Assembly: GCA_043802525.1 (NCBI GenBank)
Contig: JAZDKY010000062.1
Location: 8,446-72,445 of the forward strand
From: a bacterium
Lineage (GTDB): Bacteria > Verrucomicrobiota > Kiritimatiellia > CAIVKH01
Direction: 5' to 3'
DNA: 64,000 nucleotides
Shown: positions 38,015 through 47,823 of the stretch, one piece after another
How positions within the stretch are numbered: the stretch's first letter is position 1
Layout: each line of letters starts with the position of its first letter
Made by a program: the position numbers and the translations under genes
The notes under the pieces: generated by a model
What the model was told of the DNA's origin: nothing
Database searches by the model: none
What the model saw: the letters and a program-made list of their open reading frames with translations, nothing else

Positions 38015-39417
38015 TGCTGTTTAACAGTTACGAGTTCCTGTTCTGTCTTCTGCCCGTTGCCTTGTGCGGCTACTATGCCGTCCGGTACCCGGGCATCCGC
38101 CTGGTCCTGCTGACGCTGCTCAGCTACCTCTTCTATGGGTGGTGGGATTACAGGTTCTGCGGCCTCATGCTGCTCTCGACGGTGATCGACTACGTGTCCG
38201 GCCTCGGCATGGGGGCGGCTGACACGGATTGCAAGCGGAAGGTATGGATCGCGGTGTCGGTCATCGTGAACCTGTCGCTGCTCGGTTTCTTCAAGTATTT
38301 CGACCTCGCGGCGCGGACGATCAACGGCCTGGCGGCGGCGTTCCATGGCGCGCCCGAGGAACTGCTTCCGCTCCTGCACCTGACGTTGCCCGTTGGTATC
38401 TCGTTCTACACATTCCAGAGCATGAGCTATTCGATCGACGTGTACCGTCGCGTCGTGGAGCCGCAACGCTCGTTCCTGCAGTTCGCCTTCTACGTTTCCT
38501 TCTTTCCGCAACTGGTTGCGGGCCCCATCGTGCGGTACCGGGATATCGCGGACCAGCTTGTGTCGCGATCGCACACGTGGGAGAAGGCGTCGCGTGGAAT
38601 CACACTTTTCATTCTGGGCTTCGCCAAGAAGGTGATTCTTGCCGACGGGGTGGCGCCGCTTGCCGATGCCGTTTTCGGGGCGGGGCACGCGGGATTGGTG
38701 GAGAGCTGGACCGGCGTCGCGGCCTACGCGATGCAGATCTACTTCGACTTCAGCGGCTACTCGGACATGGCCGTCGGGCTCGGCCTCCTGTTCGGTTTCT
38801 CGTTTCCGCAGAATTTCAACTCACCGTACAAGGCTGTTTCGATCACGGATTTCTGGCGGCGCTGGCACATGTCGCTTTCCACGTGGCTCCGTGACTACCT
38901 CTACATCTCGCTCGGGGGCAACCAGCGCGGCACGTTCCGGACATACGTGAACCTCTTCCTGACCATGCTGCTGGGGGGGCTGTGGCACGGCGCGAGCTGG
39001 ACGTTTGTGATTTGGGGCGCGTATCACGGGCTCCTGCTGGCGGTCGAACGATCACGGCCTTCGCGGAACCTGCTATCGCGGGCTCCGGCGGCGGTGCAGC
39101 GGATCTTCACGCTTGCGCTGGTGATGGCCGGCTGGGTCCTTTTCCGGTGCGCATCAGTTTCTGATGCCATCGGTGTCTTTGCGGGCATGTTTGGCGCACA
39201 CGGCTTGATGTCGGACATCATGTTGAATGGACAACTGGATCTGTCACTGTTGATGCTTCCGGTCTGTCTTGCCATCAGCCTTTTCCTTCCGAACTCGTGG
39301 GAGATCAAATGGCGTCACGGATGGGTCCAGGCGCTGTGGCTTGCCGGGTTGTTTGTCGTTTGCGTGATGATCATGCTCGTCAACTCGAGTTCACCGTTCT
39401 TGTATTTCCAGTTTTGA
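38014..39417 (+). CDS. MBOAT O-acyltransferase (AlgI-like), copy 2
   Basis: Same length and motifs as 33580-34983 with a near-identical central region. Confidence 0.95.
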   Translation: MLFNSYEFLFCLLPVALCGYYAVRYPGIRLVLLTLLSYLFYGWWDYRFCGLMLLSTVIDYVSGLGMGAADTDCKRKVWIAVSVIVNLSLLGFFKYFDLAARTINGLAAAFHGAPEELLPLLHLTLPVGISFYTFQSMSYSIDVYRRVVEPQRSFLQFAFYVSFFPQLVAGPIVRYRDIADQLVSRSHTWEKASRGITLFILGFAKKVILADGVAPLADAVFGAGHAGLVESWTGVAAYAMQIYFDFSGYSDMAVGLGLLFGFSFPQNFNSPYKAVSITDFWRRWHMSLSTWLRDYLYISLGGNQRGTFRTYVNLFLTMLLGGLWHGASWTFVIWGAYHGLLLAVERSRPSRNLLSRAPAAVQRIFTLALVMAGWVLFRCASVSDAIGVFAGMFGAHGLMSDIMLNGQLDLSLLMLPVCLAISLFLPNSWEIKWRHGWVQALWLAGLFVVCVMIMLVNSSSPFLYFQF

Positions 39418-39518
39418 TGAAGACGTTGATCGTTGCCCGTTGCTCGTTGATCGTTGTTCCGTCATCAACAACGAACAACCAACAACGAACAACCAACAAC
39501 GAACAACGGAAACCATGA
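39417..39518 (+). repeat. Empty heptamer hairpin cassette 4, open as a 33-aa mini-ORF
   Basis: Same TGATG...ATGA double overlap as cassette 3; 21 nt shorter. Confidence 0.85.
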
Positions 39519-40735
39519 CAACGTTCTCCCATACGAAAGGCTTCCCCGTCGTCGCCGTCGTGGGCCTCGTTTGGCTGGCATGCGGCGCCGGGGACTGGTT
39601 CATGCGGTTCCACCGGTACCGCTGGGGCGATACGCTGGTCTGGAGGAGTCCTGCCATTATCGCGGGGCCGGCGATGCCCATGCAGCAGTGGGATATTCCG
39701 GAGACGCGCGGGGGCGACTTGACGGGTTTTCTTGCGCTCGACTACGTGGCCCGCCGGTTCGAGCAAACGCGTCCCGCCTACACCGATTACAGCGACGAGG
39801 CGGGCTATCGGAACGTTCCGCCCACGGCCGGCCGGAATTTTCCGGTCATCGTCGTAGGATCGAGCTACATGTATGTGGGCGCGCCGATGACGAATATGTT
39901 CAGCGAGCGGCTGGCTGCCGCGGCGCATGTGCCCGTTTACAACCACGCCTCGCAGGCGCATGGGCCGTTCCAGGATCTTCTTCTTTTCTTCGAAAAGGGC
40001 CGCTTTGCAGACCGGCTTCCGCGCGTGCTCATCTGGGGCATCGTGGAGCGTGAAATGCGCGGAGAGGATTTTGAGAACATGTCGCTCCAGTTGAGCGATA
40101 CCGGAAAGCCGCGGAAGATCGTGAACATGCGTTCGATCATCGCGTGGGGAAACCTGGCCCCGCGTGTCGTGAAACAAACGCTGCCCAATTCGTCCGTCAT
40201 CGCGCAGGTGTCCGCCCGCTGGTGGAACATCCTGCGCTATGCGTTGTTGGGAGGGGTCGCGCCGGATGTCGCCATTTCGCAGGGTTGGCCGCGCGACGGG
40301 GAAATCCTGTTCTACACGCCAGCCTTGCGGGCGATGAAGCAGTCGCCGTCCGAGCGGGCCGTGGACAAAGTGGTCGCCGTGATTGAGAAGGTGAAGGAGT
40401 ACGCGCGCGAGCGGGGCATCACGCTGGTCGTCCTGCTGATCCCGGACAAGGAGCAGGTGTACCGGGAATATCTTCCCGACTACCTCAAGAATCCCCCCGG
40501 CTCGATACCACCGTCCTGTCTGGATGAGATCGAGAGCGGACTGCGGAGCCTGGGCGCCCACGTCGTGAATCTCCTGCCGCTGTTTCGCGAACGCGCAGCA
40601 GCGGGCCAGTTGATCTACTGGCGGGATGACACGCATTGGAACGGCGAGGCCAGCGGGTTGGCCGCGGAAGCATGCCTTCTGGAAATTGCGCCGCTGCTGG
40701 CAGCGGCGCCTGACGCGCCGCGGACAGGTCGTTGA
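39515..40735 (+). CDS. AlgJ/AlgX-like SGNH O-acetyltransferase, copy 2
   Basis: DEAGYRN, GSSY, VERE, IPDKEQVY, YWRDDTHWN. Confidence 0.88.
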   Translation: MTTFSHTKGFPVVAVVGLVWLACGAGDWFMRFHRYRWGDTLVWRSPAIIAGPAMPMQQWDIPETRGGDLTGFLALDYVARRFEQTRPAYTDYSDEAGYRNVPPTAGRNFPVIVVGSSYMYVGAPMTNMFSERLAAAAHVPVYNHASQAHGPFQDLLLFFEKGRFADRLPRVLIWGIVEREMRGEDFENMSLQLSDTGKPRKIVNMRSIIAWGNLAPRVVKQTLPNSSVIAQVSARWWNILRYALLGGVAPDVAISQGWPRDGEILFYTPALRAMKQSPSERAVDKVVAVIEKVKEYARERGITLVVLLIPDKEQVYREYLPDYLKNPPGSIPPSCLDEIESGLRSLGAHVVNLLPLFRERAAAGQLIYWRDDTHWNGEASGLAAEACLLEIAPLLAAAPDAPRTGR

Positions 40736-40803
40736 CCGCCCGTCCATCGAAACAAGTGGCGCAAGCCTGCGCGGAACCCTATCATCTCGTAACTTCTTGG
40801 GAA

Positions 40804-42279
40804 ATGGACACGACGTTCGATAGTAAAGGCCAGCGTATCGGCATCTTCGTCATCGCGTACGACGCGGAGAGCCATATCGAGAAAACCCTTGGGCGGATTC
40901 CTGACGATGTATGGGAGGCGATCACCGTTGTCTACATCATCGACGATTGCAGCAAGGACGAGACCGTCGAGCGGGCGCTTTCCTTTGAACGGTGGAAGGA
41001 GAAGATTGTTGTCCTGCGCAACCGCGTCAACCAGCGCTACGGCGGGAACCAGAAGCTGGGCTACCAGTACGCGATCGACCAGAACCTCGATATCGTTGTC
41101 ATGCTCCACGCGGACGGGCAGTACGCGCCTGAGTGTCTTTCGCTGCTGCTTGGCCCCGCGGTGGACGGCGCCGACGTCGTGATAGGCTCGCGCATGTTTG
41201 AGCGGGGCGCCGCTCGCAAGGGCGGCATGCCCAAGTACAAGTATGTCGGGAACATCATCCTGACAAAGATCGAAAACGCGTTGAGTGGCATGAACCTGTC
41301 CGAGTTCCACTCGGGCTATCGCGCCTACCGCACGTCGTTCCTTCGCAACGTGCCGTTCTGGGAAAACAGCGACGAGTGGCACTTCGACACGCAGATCCTG
41401 TTCCAGGCGGCCGGGCGCGGAGCCCGCATCAGCGAGGTGGGGATTCCGACGTACTACGGCGACGAGCTCTGCCACGTCAACGGTATGGCCTACAGCCTGA
41501 ACTGCGTCGTTTCCGCGATCACCGTCTTCTTGTATCGGCGCAGATTGTTCTACAGCCGTTACCTCGACGTCGACATCAAGGGGCGTCGCTACTTTGAGAA
41601 GTTCAACGACCCCGCATCGAGCCACTCCATCATCCTCCAGCGCCTCAAGCAGATCGGCGTTGAGGGGAAGCGCATTCTGGAACTCGGCGTGGGCGATGCA
41701 TCGCTCACACGACGTCTCCACGAAATGGGCGCCATTTTGGACGGCATCGAGATCGACGACCTGTCTGCCGAGCTTGCGAAACCGTATTGCCGCCGCGTGC
41801 TCAAGAATGACTTGGATGACATGGACCAGGTGCCCTTGGACGAGCCGTATGATATCATCATCGCGGCCGACGTGCTCGAGCACCTCCGCAACCCGGAGTA
41901 CGTCCTGTCGCGCCTGAAAAGATACTGCAAGGTGGGTGGCATCTTGGTCGTCTCCCTGCCCAACATCGCCAACCTGTACGTCCGGTTGAACCTGCTGTTC
42001 GGGCGTTTCCCGCTGCACCGGAAAGGCCTCCTTGATCGCACGCATCTGCACTGCTATACGCTGCGGTCGGCGGCGAGCATGCTGACGCGGACGGGGTGGA
42101 TCATTGAGCAAGAAGCTGTGACGGCGATACCGTTTGGGATCGTCTTTCCATTCCTGGAGCGCGGAATCTGGCGGCCGTTCCTTGCCCTCTTCCGAATGTT
42201 CACACGTGTCTTTCGCGGCCTGCTTGCTTATCAAGGTGTCTTCTTCTGCTACAATCCGAACAAGGCCCGGCTCCTATAG
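40804..42279 (+). CDS. Bifunctional GT2 (polyprenol-P sugar synthase-like) + SAM methyltransferase
   Basis: IDDCSKD, YGGNQK, HADGQY, EFHSGYRAY; then LELGVG, ADVLEHL, SLPNIAN, DRTHLH. Confidence 0.9.
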   Translation: MDTTFDSKGQRIGIFVIAYDAESHIEKTLGRIPDDVWEAITVVYIIDDCSKDETVERALSFERWKEKIVVLRNRVNQRYGGNQKLGYQYAIDQNLDIVVMLHADGQYAPECLSLLLGPAVDGADVVIGSRMFERGAARKGGMPKYKYVGNIILTKIENALSGMNLSEFHSGYRAYRTSFLRNVPFWENSDEWHFDTQILFQAAGRGARISEVGIPTYYGDELCHVNGMAYSLNCVVSAITVFLYRRRLFYSRYLDVDIKGRRYFEKFNDPASSHSIILQRLKQIGVEGKRILELGVGDASLTRRLHEMGAILDGIEIDDLSAELAKPYCRRVLKNDLDDMDQVPLDEPYDIIIAADVLEHLRNPEYVLSRLKRYCKVGGILVVSLPNIANLYVRLNLLFGRFPLHRKGLLDRTHLHCYTLRSAASMLTRTGWIIEQEAVTAIPFGIVFPFLERGIWRPFLALFRMFTRVFRGLLAYQGVFFCYNPNKARLL

Positions 42280-42302
42280 CGACGGCATCCCGGCGATCAA
42301 GC

Positions 42303-43916
42303 ATGAAAGTCCACGCATTCTTGTTTGCGGTCGCGCTCCTGGCGGGCACGCTGTTGTTCATGCACCGGCTTGAGACGGGTGGCGACAACTTGGACTTCAT
42401 GCTCCAGGCGCGGTCTGCGCAGCAAGGCGAGTGGCGCGATGTTTTCTCGTGGTACCGGCCCGCAGGCTATGCGCTCAGTGTGGCTGCGACGCTGGCCTTG
42501 TGCGGCATTCGGCTTGCCCCGGGACCGTTGACCGTGGCCGGCCCGACGTTCCACCTCGTCCAGGCTGTCGGCGTCGTCCAGTTTGCGCTCGCCGCCGTTG
42601 CGGTTTATGTCTGGGCCCGGCGCGTCACCCGCGAGCGCTTCGTGGCGATCGGCGTGGCCTTGCTTTTCGCGTTGAATCAGATGCTTGTGGCGTGGTCGTC
42701 GGTGATCGCCGCGGAGACGTTGCTGGTCCTGCTGGTCTTCGCGGCCCTTGCAGTCTGGGAGGGGACCGACCACATGGCCGGCGGGCGCTGGCAGCGGCTG
42801 GCGCTTTTCGCCGTGCTGGCGGGCGTGGCGTTGTTTGTCCGCACCGCGGCGATCGCCCTTGCGGGCGGTTTCGGACTCTGGATCGTCGTGAAGCGGAAAT
42901 GGACGGGCTCCTATCTCCTCGCAGCCTGCATCACCGGGTTTTTTGTACTGCTTGCCGCCGTGCAAATGGCCCTGCTTAGCAACTTCTACTTCACGCACGT
43001 TGTCGCCGCGGATCCGTATGGCTTCGGTGAAACCGTGTCGTGGGGCGAGCGCCTGCACAACGCCGTCATAACGTACACGGGAGGATGGCCCGATCTCCTG
43101 TTTCCGAAAATCGTTGGCTGCCGCGGCCTGTTTGAGCTCACGGGCCTGGGTCCCCTTGCCGTCCCGTTCACGCTGGCGGTGTTCCTGCTGACCTTGGTCG
43201 GCCTCGCGCGGACGCTGCGGCGCGGTCTGCGGCTCAGCCATTTGTTCCTCCTCTGCTACCTCGTGATATTGCTCGCGTGGCCGGATTTCCTCGTCCGCTA
43301 CATGTTCCCGCTCGCGCCTGTCGGCTTGTGGCTTGTCCTGGAAGGCGTGGCGTGGCTTGCTGAGCGGGTTTCGCGTGGAAGCGCGACCGCGGCGGTGGTT
43401 TCACGGCGCGCCACCGTGTCGTTTGTGGCTGTCGCTGCGGCATGGAGCCTTGCCACGAACGTCTTTGCCGGCGTGAAGAACTGGGACCATATCCTCGAAC
43501 TGCGCGAAAAGCCTCCGTGGGATCCGGCGCGTTATGCCATCACCGGCGAGGACGACTTCGGCGACTACATCACGGCGGGCCTGTGGATCAAGGACCACGC
43601 GCCCGGCGACGCTGTGGTCTTTTGCCGCAAGGCACTGTTTATTGAATTGGTGTCCGGGAGGTTTTGCCGCTACTACACAGGCCATGCGGATGCCGAGGCC
43701 CTGTGGGCGGCGATGACCCATGCCGCCGCGGCAGCTCCGTGCTATATCTTGAAGGATGCCTTCTCCACCGACAGCACGTATGGCAGGGTTCGCAAACTCC
43801 AGCTCGAACCCTTGCTGGAACGTCAAGCCGGGAGCCTGGACGAAGTCCACCGCACAGACTATGGATCCGTGATCTATCGGGTTGCGGATGATCCTGGTGG
43901 ACGATGCGATCCGTGA
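42303..43916 (+). CDS. Multi-TM GT-C-like glycosyltransferase
   Basis: GGDN loop, AET, VRT, RYMFP; polytopic with a soluble C-terminal domain. Confidence 0.65.
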   Translation: MKVHAFLFAVALLAGTLLFMHRLETGGDNLDFMLQARSAQQGEWRDVFSWYRPAGYALSVAATLALCGIRLAPGPLTVAGPTFHLVQAVGVVQFALAAVAVYVWARRVTRERFVAIGVALLFALNQMLVAWSSVIAAETLLVLLVFAALAVWEGTDHMAGGRWQRLALFAVLAGVALFVRTAAIALAGGFGLWIVVKRKWTGSYLLAACITGFFVLLAAVQMALLSNFYFTHVVAADPYGFGETVSWGERLHNAVITYTGGWPDLLFPKIVGCRGLFELTGLGPLAVPFTLAVFLLTLVGLARTLRRGLRLSHLFLLCYLVILLAWPDFLVRYMFPLAPVGLWLVLEGVAWLAERVSRGSATAAVVSRRATVSFVAVAAAWSLATNVFAGVKNWDHILELREKPPWDPARYAITGEDDFGDYITAGLWIKDHAPGDAVVFCRKALFIELVSGRFCRYYTGHADAEALWAAMTHAAAAAPCYILKDAFSTDSTYGRVRKLQLEPLLERQAGSLDEVHRTDYGSVIYRVADDPGGRCDP

Positions 43917-43997
43917 CGACACGGTGGACGTGGGCCGTAAGCTGCCGAACGTCCGCGTGCATTGTGCACGCGAAGAACCTCGCGGCGGCAATCAGGT
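43889..43997 (+). pseudogene. Relic fragment of a GT2 gene
   Basis: ILVDDAIRDDTVDVGRKLPNVRVH...GGNQ closely parallels ILVDDASKDDTVEIARKLPGVRVY...GGNQ of 51479-52249. Confidence 0.7.
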
Positions 43998-44028
43998 GTC
44001 ACCTTGGGCGAGAAGAGGAAGACACGGA

Positions 44029-45030
44029 ATGATGGAAGAAGAAACAACTCGGCCACGCGAATCGTTGGGCGTTCGGCTCCGGGCCGTGCTGGCGAGCCTG
44101 CCTTTGTATATCCGGCTCGTAGCGCCGGGCGCGGCCCGTCTCATGACCCCAGTGATTCGCCGGTTCTCGCTCCGCGTGGCCGAGGCGTGGGAGGTGGGCG
44201 CGCTGGGGGTCTGTAACATGCTGTTCAGAGCCCCATTCGACCCGGACCAGTTTCTCTCCATCGACGCATTCGCCCGAAACCAGGATACGAGCGATTTCTT
44301 TACCCTATGTCGGCGCGTGGGCGTCTATGACGACTGGTTCAAGGGCCATCGCATCCTCGACGTAGGTTGCGGCCCGGGTTCATTTACGTTGGCCGTAGCG
44401 GGCAAGGGCGCGGCCTGGGTGGCGGGCATTGACATCGAACCGGCCCGCATTGCCTATGCCACCGGTGTGGCTCGTGAGCGCGGCCTCGATCATGTGCGCT
44501 TTTACGACATGTCGGTGTATGAAATGAAGTTCCCCGACCAGACCTTCGACCGCGTCATTTCGCACACCGTGTTTGAGCACCTGCCCGACGTGCAGGGCGC
44601 GCTAGAGGCCATCCACCGCGTGCTCCGGCCCGGCGGCGAAGTCGTTTTTACCTTCGACGCCTTTCGTAGTCGTTATGGAGCACACGTCGCCCATTTCGTC
44701 CACGTGCCCTGGCCCTGCGCGTTCTTTTCATCGAATTCAGTCGTGCGTTTTTGGGAACGCCAACGGGCCGCATTCATGCACCGACGCGGGCTAACGGAAA
44801 TCCCGGAGTTGCTCCACTTGGCGGGTGGGCTGGAGGGCCTTAACCGCCTATCCGTCCGCGAGGTCGAGGCGGTGCTGGCATGCGTGCCCTTTGAGCGCGT
44901 GGCGGTCGATCCCTGTTGTGACGAACGCGCACTGCTCAAGCTGCTGCCGTCGCTGCGACGGCGGCAAGCACTGTACGAGTATCTGCGAGGTTCTCTGGTG
45001 GTCCGGCTCCGCAAACCGGCAAATACTTGA
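44029..45030 (+). CDS. Class I SAM-dependent methyltransferase
   Basis: ILDVGCGPG, GIDI, FDRVISHTVFEHL, RVLRPGG; AGAGGA upstream of the ATG. Confidence 0.9.
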   Translation: MMEEETTRPRESLGVRLRAVLASLPLYIRLVAPGAARLMTPVIRRFSLRVAEAWEVGALGVCNMLFRAPFDPDQFLSIDAFARNQDTSDFFTLCRRVGVYDDWFKGHRILDVGCGPGSFTLAVAGKGAAWVAGIDIEPARIAYATGVARERGLDHVRFYDMSVYEMKFPDQTFDRVISHTVFEHLPDVQGALEAIHRVLRPGGEVVFTFDAFRSRYGAHVAHFVHVPWPCAFFSSNSVVRFWERQRAAFMHRRGLTEIPELLHLAGGLEGLNRLSVREVEAVLACVPFERVAVDPCCDERALLKLLPSLRRRQALYEYLRGSLVVRLRKPANT

Positions 45031-45158
45031 CATGGCGGGCCCGTGGATCTTGGCCGCAGCGTGAAGTATGGACCCGGAACCTTGCCACGGCCGTCAGCTA
45101 TCGTCTCTGCAAATGGCGATGGACGACTTTGCCGCGATTCCCGAATGGGCTGTGTGAT

Positions 45159-46175
45159 TCACGCCGCGCTTTTCCAGCTCGGCTTGGCCGGCGAAAGGCC
45201 GATGAGGTCGACGGCGCGCGCCAGGCCATACGCAAAATACAGCGCGATCAGCGGCAAGAAGAATCTCGCGCTCTTTCCGCGGACGCACATCAGGAGTGCG
45301 GGCCCCGCCACAATCGCCGCGAACGGCGCTGCCAGTAGCGCTGTCCATCCGCACCGCATCGCCAGCCCACCGACGATCCCCGCGATCGCGAGAGATCCCG
45401 TGACGAGGAATGCCGCGGCAAACCGCGGCGCGTTGCCGCCGACCTTTCCACCCGTGGCCTTCATGATCTGCTCGTAGCTTTTCCGGTTGGCGTGCCACAC
45501 CTGCTGGCGAAAGAATTGGGCCAACGTCGCGGGCTCGCCGTGGTGAATGGCCACCAGCGCCGGATTGCCCAGGACGGTGACGCCTGCGAGGTAGGCGCGG
45601 TACGCGAAATCGGTATCCTCGCCGGTCGCCAATTCCTCGTTGAACCCCTTGATCCGGTCCGCCACGCTCCGGTGCAGGATCATGTTCCGGGTCGTCGTCA
45701 GCCGGAATCCCTCCTTGCGCACGACCTGTTGCCCGCGGTAGGTCTCCAAACGCGGGTTCTTTTGCGTCCAGTGGAAACGCCACGCCGCCTGGACCCAGGT
45801 CATGGGCTCCGGGGGCACCGCGGGCCAGCCCATCAGGGCGTCATCCCCCGACTCCATGAGGGGCAGCGCTTTCTCCAGCCAGTCCGGCGCGAGTTCGCAG
45901 TCCGCATCCACGAACGCGATCCAGTCGCCGCGTGCCTCGCCCAGTCCGCGGTTCCGGCAGGCGGGGATGTTGGCGCCGGCGAGATCGATCACCGTGCTGA
46001 ATCCGGCGTCCCGCGCGGCCTGTATGGTGCCGTCGCGGCTGCCGCCGTCGACCAGGATGGACTCGACATCGACGTGTGAAGGCCGGACAAGACGTTTGAT
46101 CGACCCGTGCAAACGTGCGATATGTTGCTCCTCGTTGAACGCAACGACGATGATGGACAGCTTGTGCACGTTCAT
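45159..46175 (-). CDS. GT2 glycosyltransferase with C-terminal TM helices
   Basis: LSIIVVAFNEE, VDGGSRDGT, FVDADC, GEDTD, QQVW. Confidence 0.92.
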   Translation of the reverse strand: MNVHKLSIIVVAFNEEQHIARLHGSIKRLVRPSHVDVESILVDGGSRDGTIQAARDAGFSTVIDLAGANIPACRNRGLGEARGDWIAFVDADCELAPDWLEKALPLMESGDDALMGWPAVPPEPMTWVQAAWRFHWTQKNPRLETYRGQQVVRKEGFRLTTTRNMILHRSVADRIKGFNEELATGEDTDFAYRAYLAGVTVLGNPALVAIHHGEPATLAQFFRQQVWHANRKSYEQIMKATGGKVGGNAPRFAAAFLVTGSLAIAGIVGGLAMRCGWTALLAAPFAAIVAGPALLMCVRGKSARFFLPLIALYFAYGLARAVDLIGLSPAKPSWKSAA

Positions 46176-46184
46176 GATTTGCTC

Positions 46185-46738
46185 ACCATGGAACACTTGG
46201 CGCGGCGCGCCGAAAACCAAGAGAAGAAACCACGAATGAACACGAATTCACACGAAAAAACAAGCACCTCCACGGCGCGGCAAAGCCGTGACCCAAGAGG
46301 AAACCGCAAGGAACGCCCCGCTTGGCCAATCCGCCGGATGCCATGTGCCTCAACCTAAGCATGATCCGAAATACGGCCCATTATGGCGATTGTCGCCAAC
46401 GCGACGTGCGTTGGCCTTGGAGTGCGGTGGCTTGCCACCGCCCTTCTTCGCCGCGGCTTGACGCGGCGTTTTTTTGGCGCGCGTCAAGCCGCACGCTGAC
46501 AAAGCGGCGGCACTCCTTCGCCAATCCGCCGGAGGCAGACAGGGGCTTGCCCGCCAACTGGCGGGCTACGGCGCGCAGGCAAGCCGCCGCACTCCAACAT
46601 GAATGCCTCGGCATTCGTCGCGCCTTTGCGTGATTTGTCTGTTCGCATCTGTGGTTCCCTTGTTATTCGTGTGACTTCGTGTTCATTCGTGGTTTCCGTT
46701 CTTGGGCTGCGGCTTTTCCGCGCCAAGTGTTCTACGGT
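46185..46738. repeat. About 72-bp inverted repeats spanning a divergent intergenic region, with nested REP-like elements
   Basis: 46185-46256 versus 46666-46738, including perfect gaacacttggcgcgg and gaaaccacgaatgaacacgaa blocks. Confidence 0.88.
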
Positions 46739-46746
46739 ATAGCTTT

Positions 46747-47823
46747 ATGATCATCGCCTATCTTTTGCAGGACACAGGCGCGGTCTACGGCGCGGAGCGC
46801 GCGACGCTGGACTTGGCCACGGGCATGGCGGAGCACGGGGTCGATGTGCGAATTCTGCTCATCCGCGAGTCGCGCCTGGGTCTTGCTTCAAGCCCGGTGG
46901 ATGCTGCCTTTCGCGAACGTGGACTGTCCGTGATCGCGGTCGAGACGGGGGCACGTTTTTCGATCGGACTGGTCCGGCGGATCCGGCGAATACTTTCGCA
47001 GCAGGATGTCGGGGTTCTCCACACCGTCGGGTACAAGGCCGACGTCCACGGCCTGCTCGCGCGCAGGAGGATTCCGCAGGTGAGCACCGTGCACGGATGG
47101 CTGTTCCGTTCCGACCTGAAGGAGCGGTTCTACGGCTGGCTCAACGTCTGTGCCCTGAAGCGCTGTGCGCGGGTTGTGGTGTTGTCCCGGTACTACGAAG
47201 AGCTGCTGCGGCAGCAGGGCGTCATGACGATCCGTATACCCTCCGGTCTCGATGCTTCTGGATTTCCCGACGTGTCGTCACACCACGGTACCTTCACGGT
47301 CGGCATGATGGGTCGGTTCAGCGAGGAGAAGAACCACCCCATGCTCCTGTCTGCCGCGAAGCGGCTGATCGAGTCCGGCGTGACGATTGACATGTTGCTC
47401 GCGGGTGACGGACCGTTGCGCGGGTCGGTCGAGGCGGAGATCGCGCGGCTTGACCTGCGCCACGTTGTCAAGGTGAAGGGGTATGTTCCGCGCGAGGATT
47501 TCCTCGGATCGATCGACGTGCTCGCGTTGTGCTCGCGCATTGAGAACCTGCCGTACAGCGTCATGGAGGCGATGGCGTGCGGGTTGCCGGTCATCGCGAC
47601 GAACGTCGGCGGGCTTCCGGACTTGGTCGAGGATGGGGTCACAGGCCATCTCGTCGCGTCAGACGACGATGTCGCGCTGGCCGCGCGCATCGCATCGGTC
47701 GCGAAGTTGCCCGACGTCTCCGCGGCGATGGGTCAGGCTTCGCGGGCGAAAGTGAAACGGGAATTTGCGCTTGAGCGCATGATTGCGAGCCATATGGACC
47801 TGTATCGTGCGCTGTGCCGCTAG
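46747..47823 (+). CDS. GT4 glycosyltransferase
   Basis: YGAER, TVHGW, GRFSEEKNH, ENLPYSVMEAMACGLPVIATNVGG. Confidence 0.93.
   Translation: MIIAYLLQDTGAVYGAERATLDLATGMAEHGVDVRILLIRESRLGLASSPVDAAFRERGLSVIAVETGARFSIGLVRRIRRILSQQDVGVLHTVGYKADVHGLLARRRIPQVSTVHGWLFRSDLKERFYGWLNVCALKRCARVVVLSRYYEELLRQQGVMTIRIPSGLDASGFPDVSSHHGTFTVGMMGRFSEEKNHPMLLSAAKRLIESGVTIDMLLAGDGPLRGSVEAEIARLDLRHVVKVKGYVPREDFLGSIDVLALCSRIENLPYSVMEAMACGLPVIATNVGGLPDLVEDGVTGHLVASDDDVALAARIASVAKLPDVSAAMGQASRAKVKREFALERMIASHMDLYRALCR

Noticed and set aside
33580-39417. MBOAT duplication as an assembly artefact
   Set aside because: The copies differ at many synonymous sites and at both ends, and have different neighbours.
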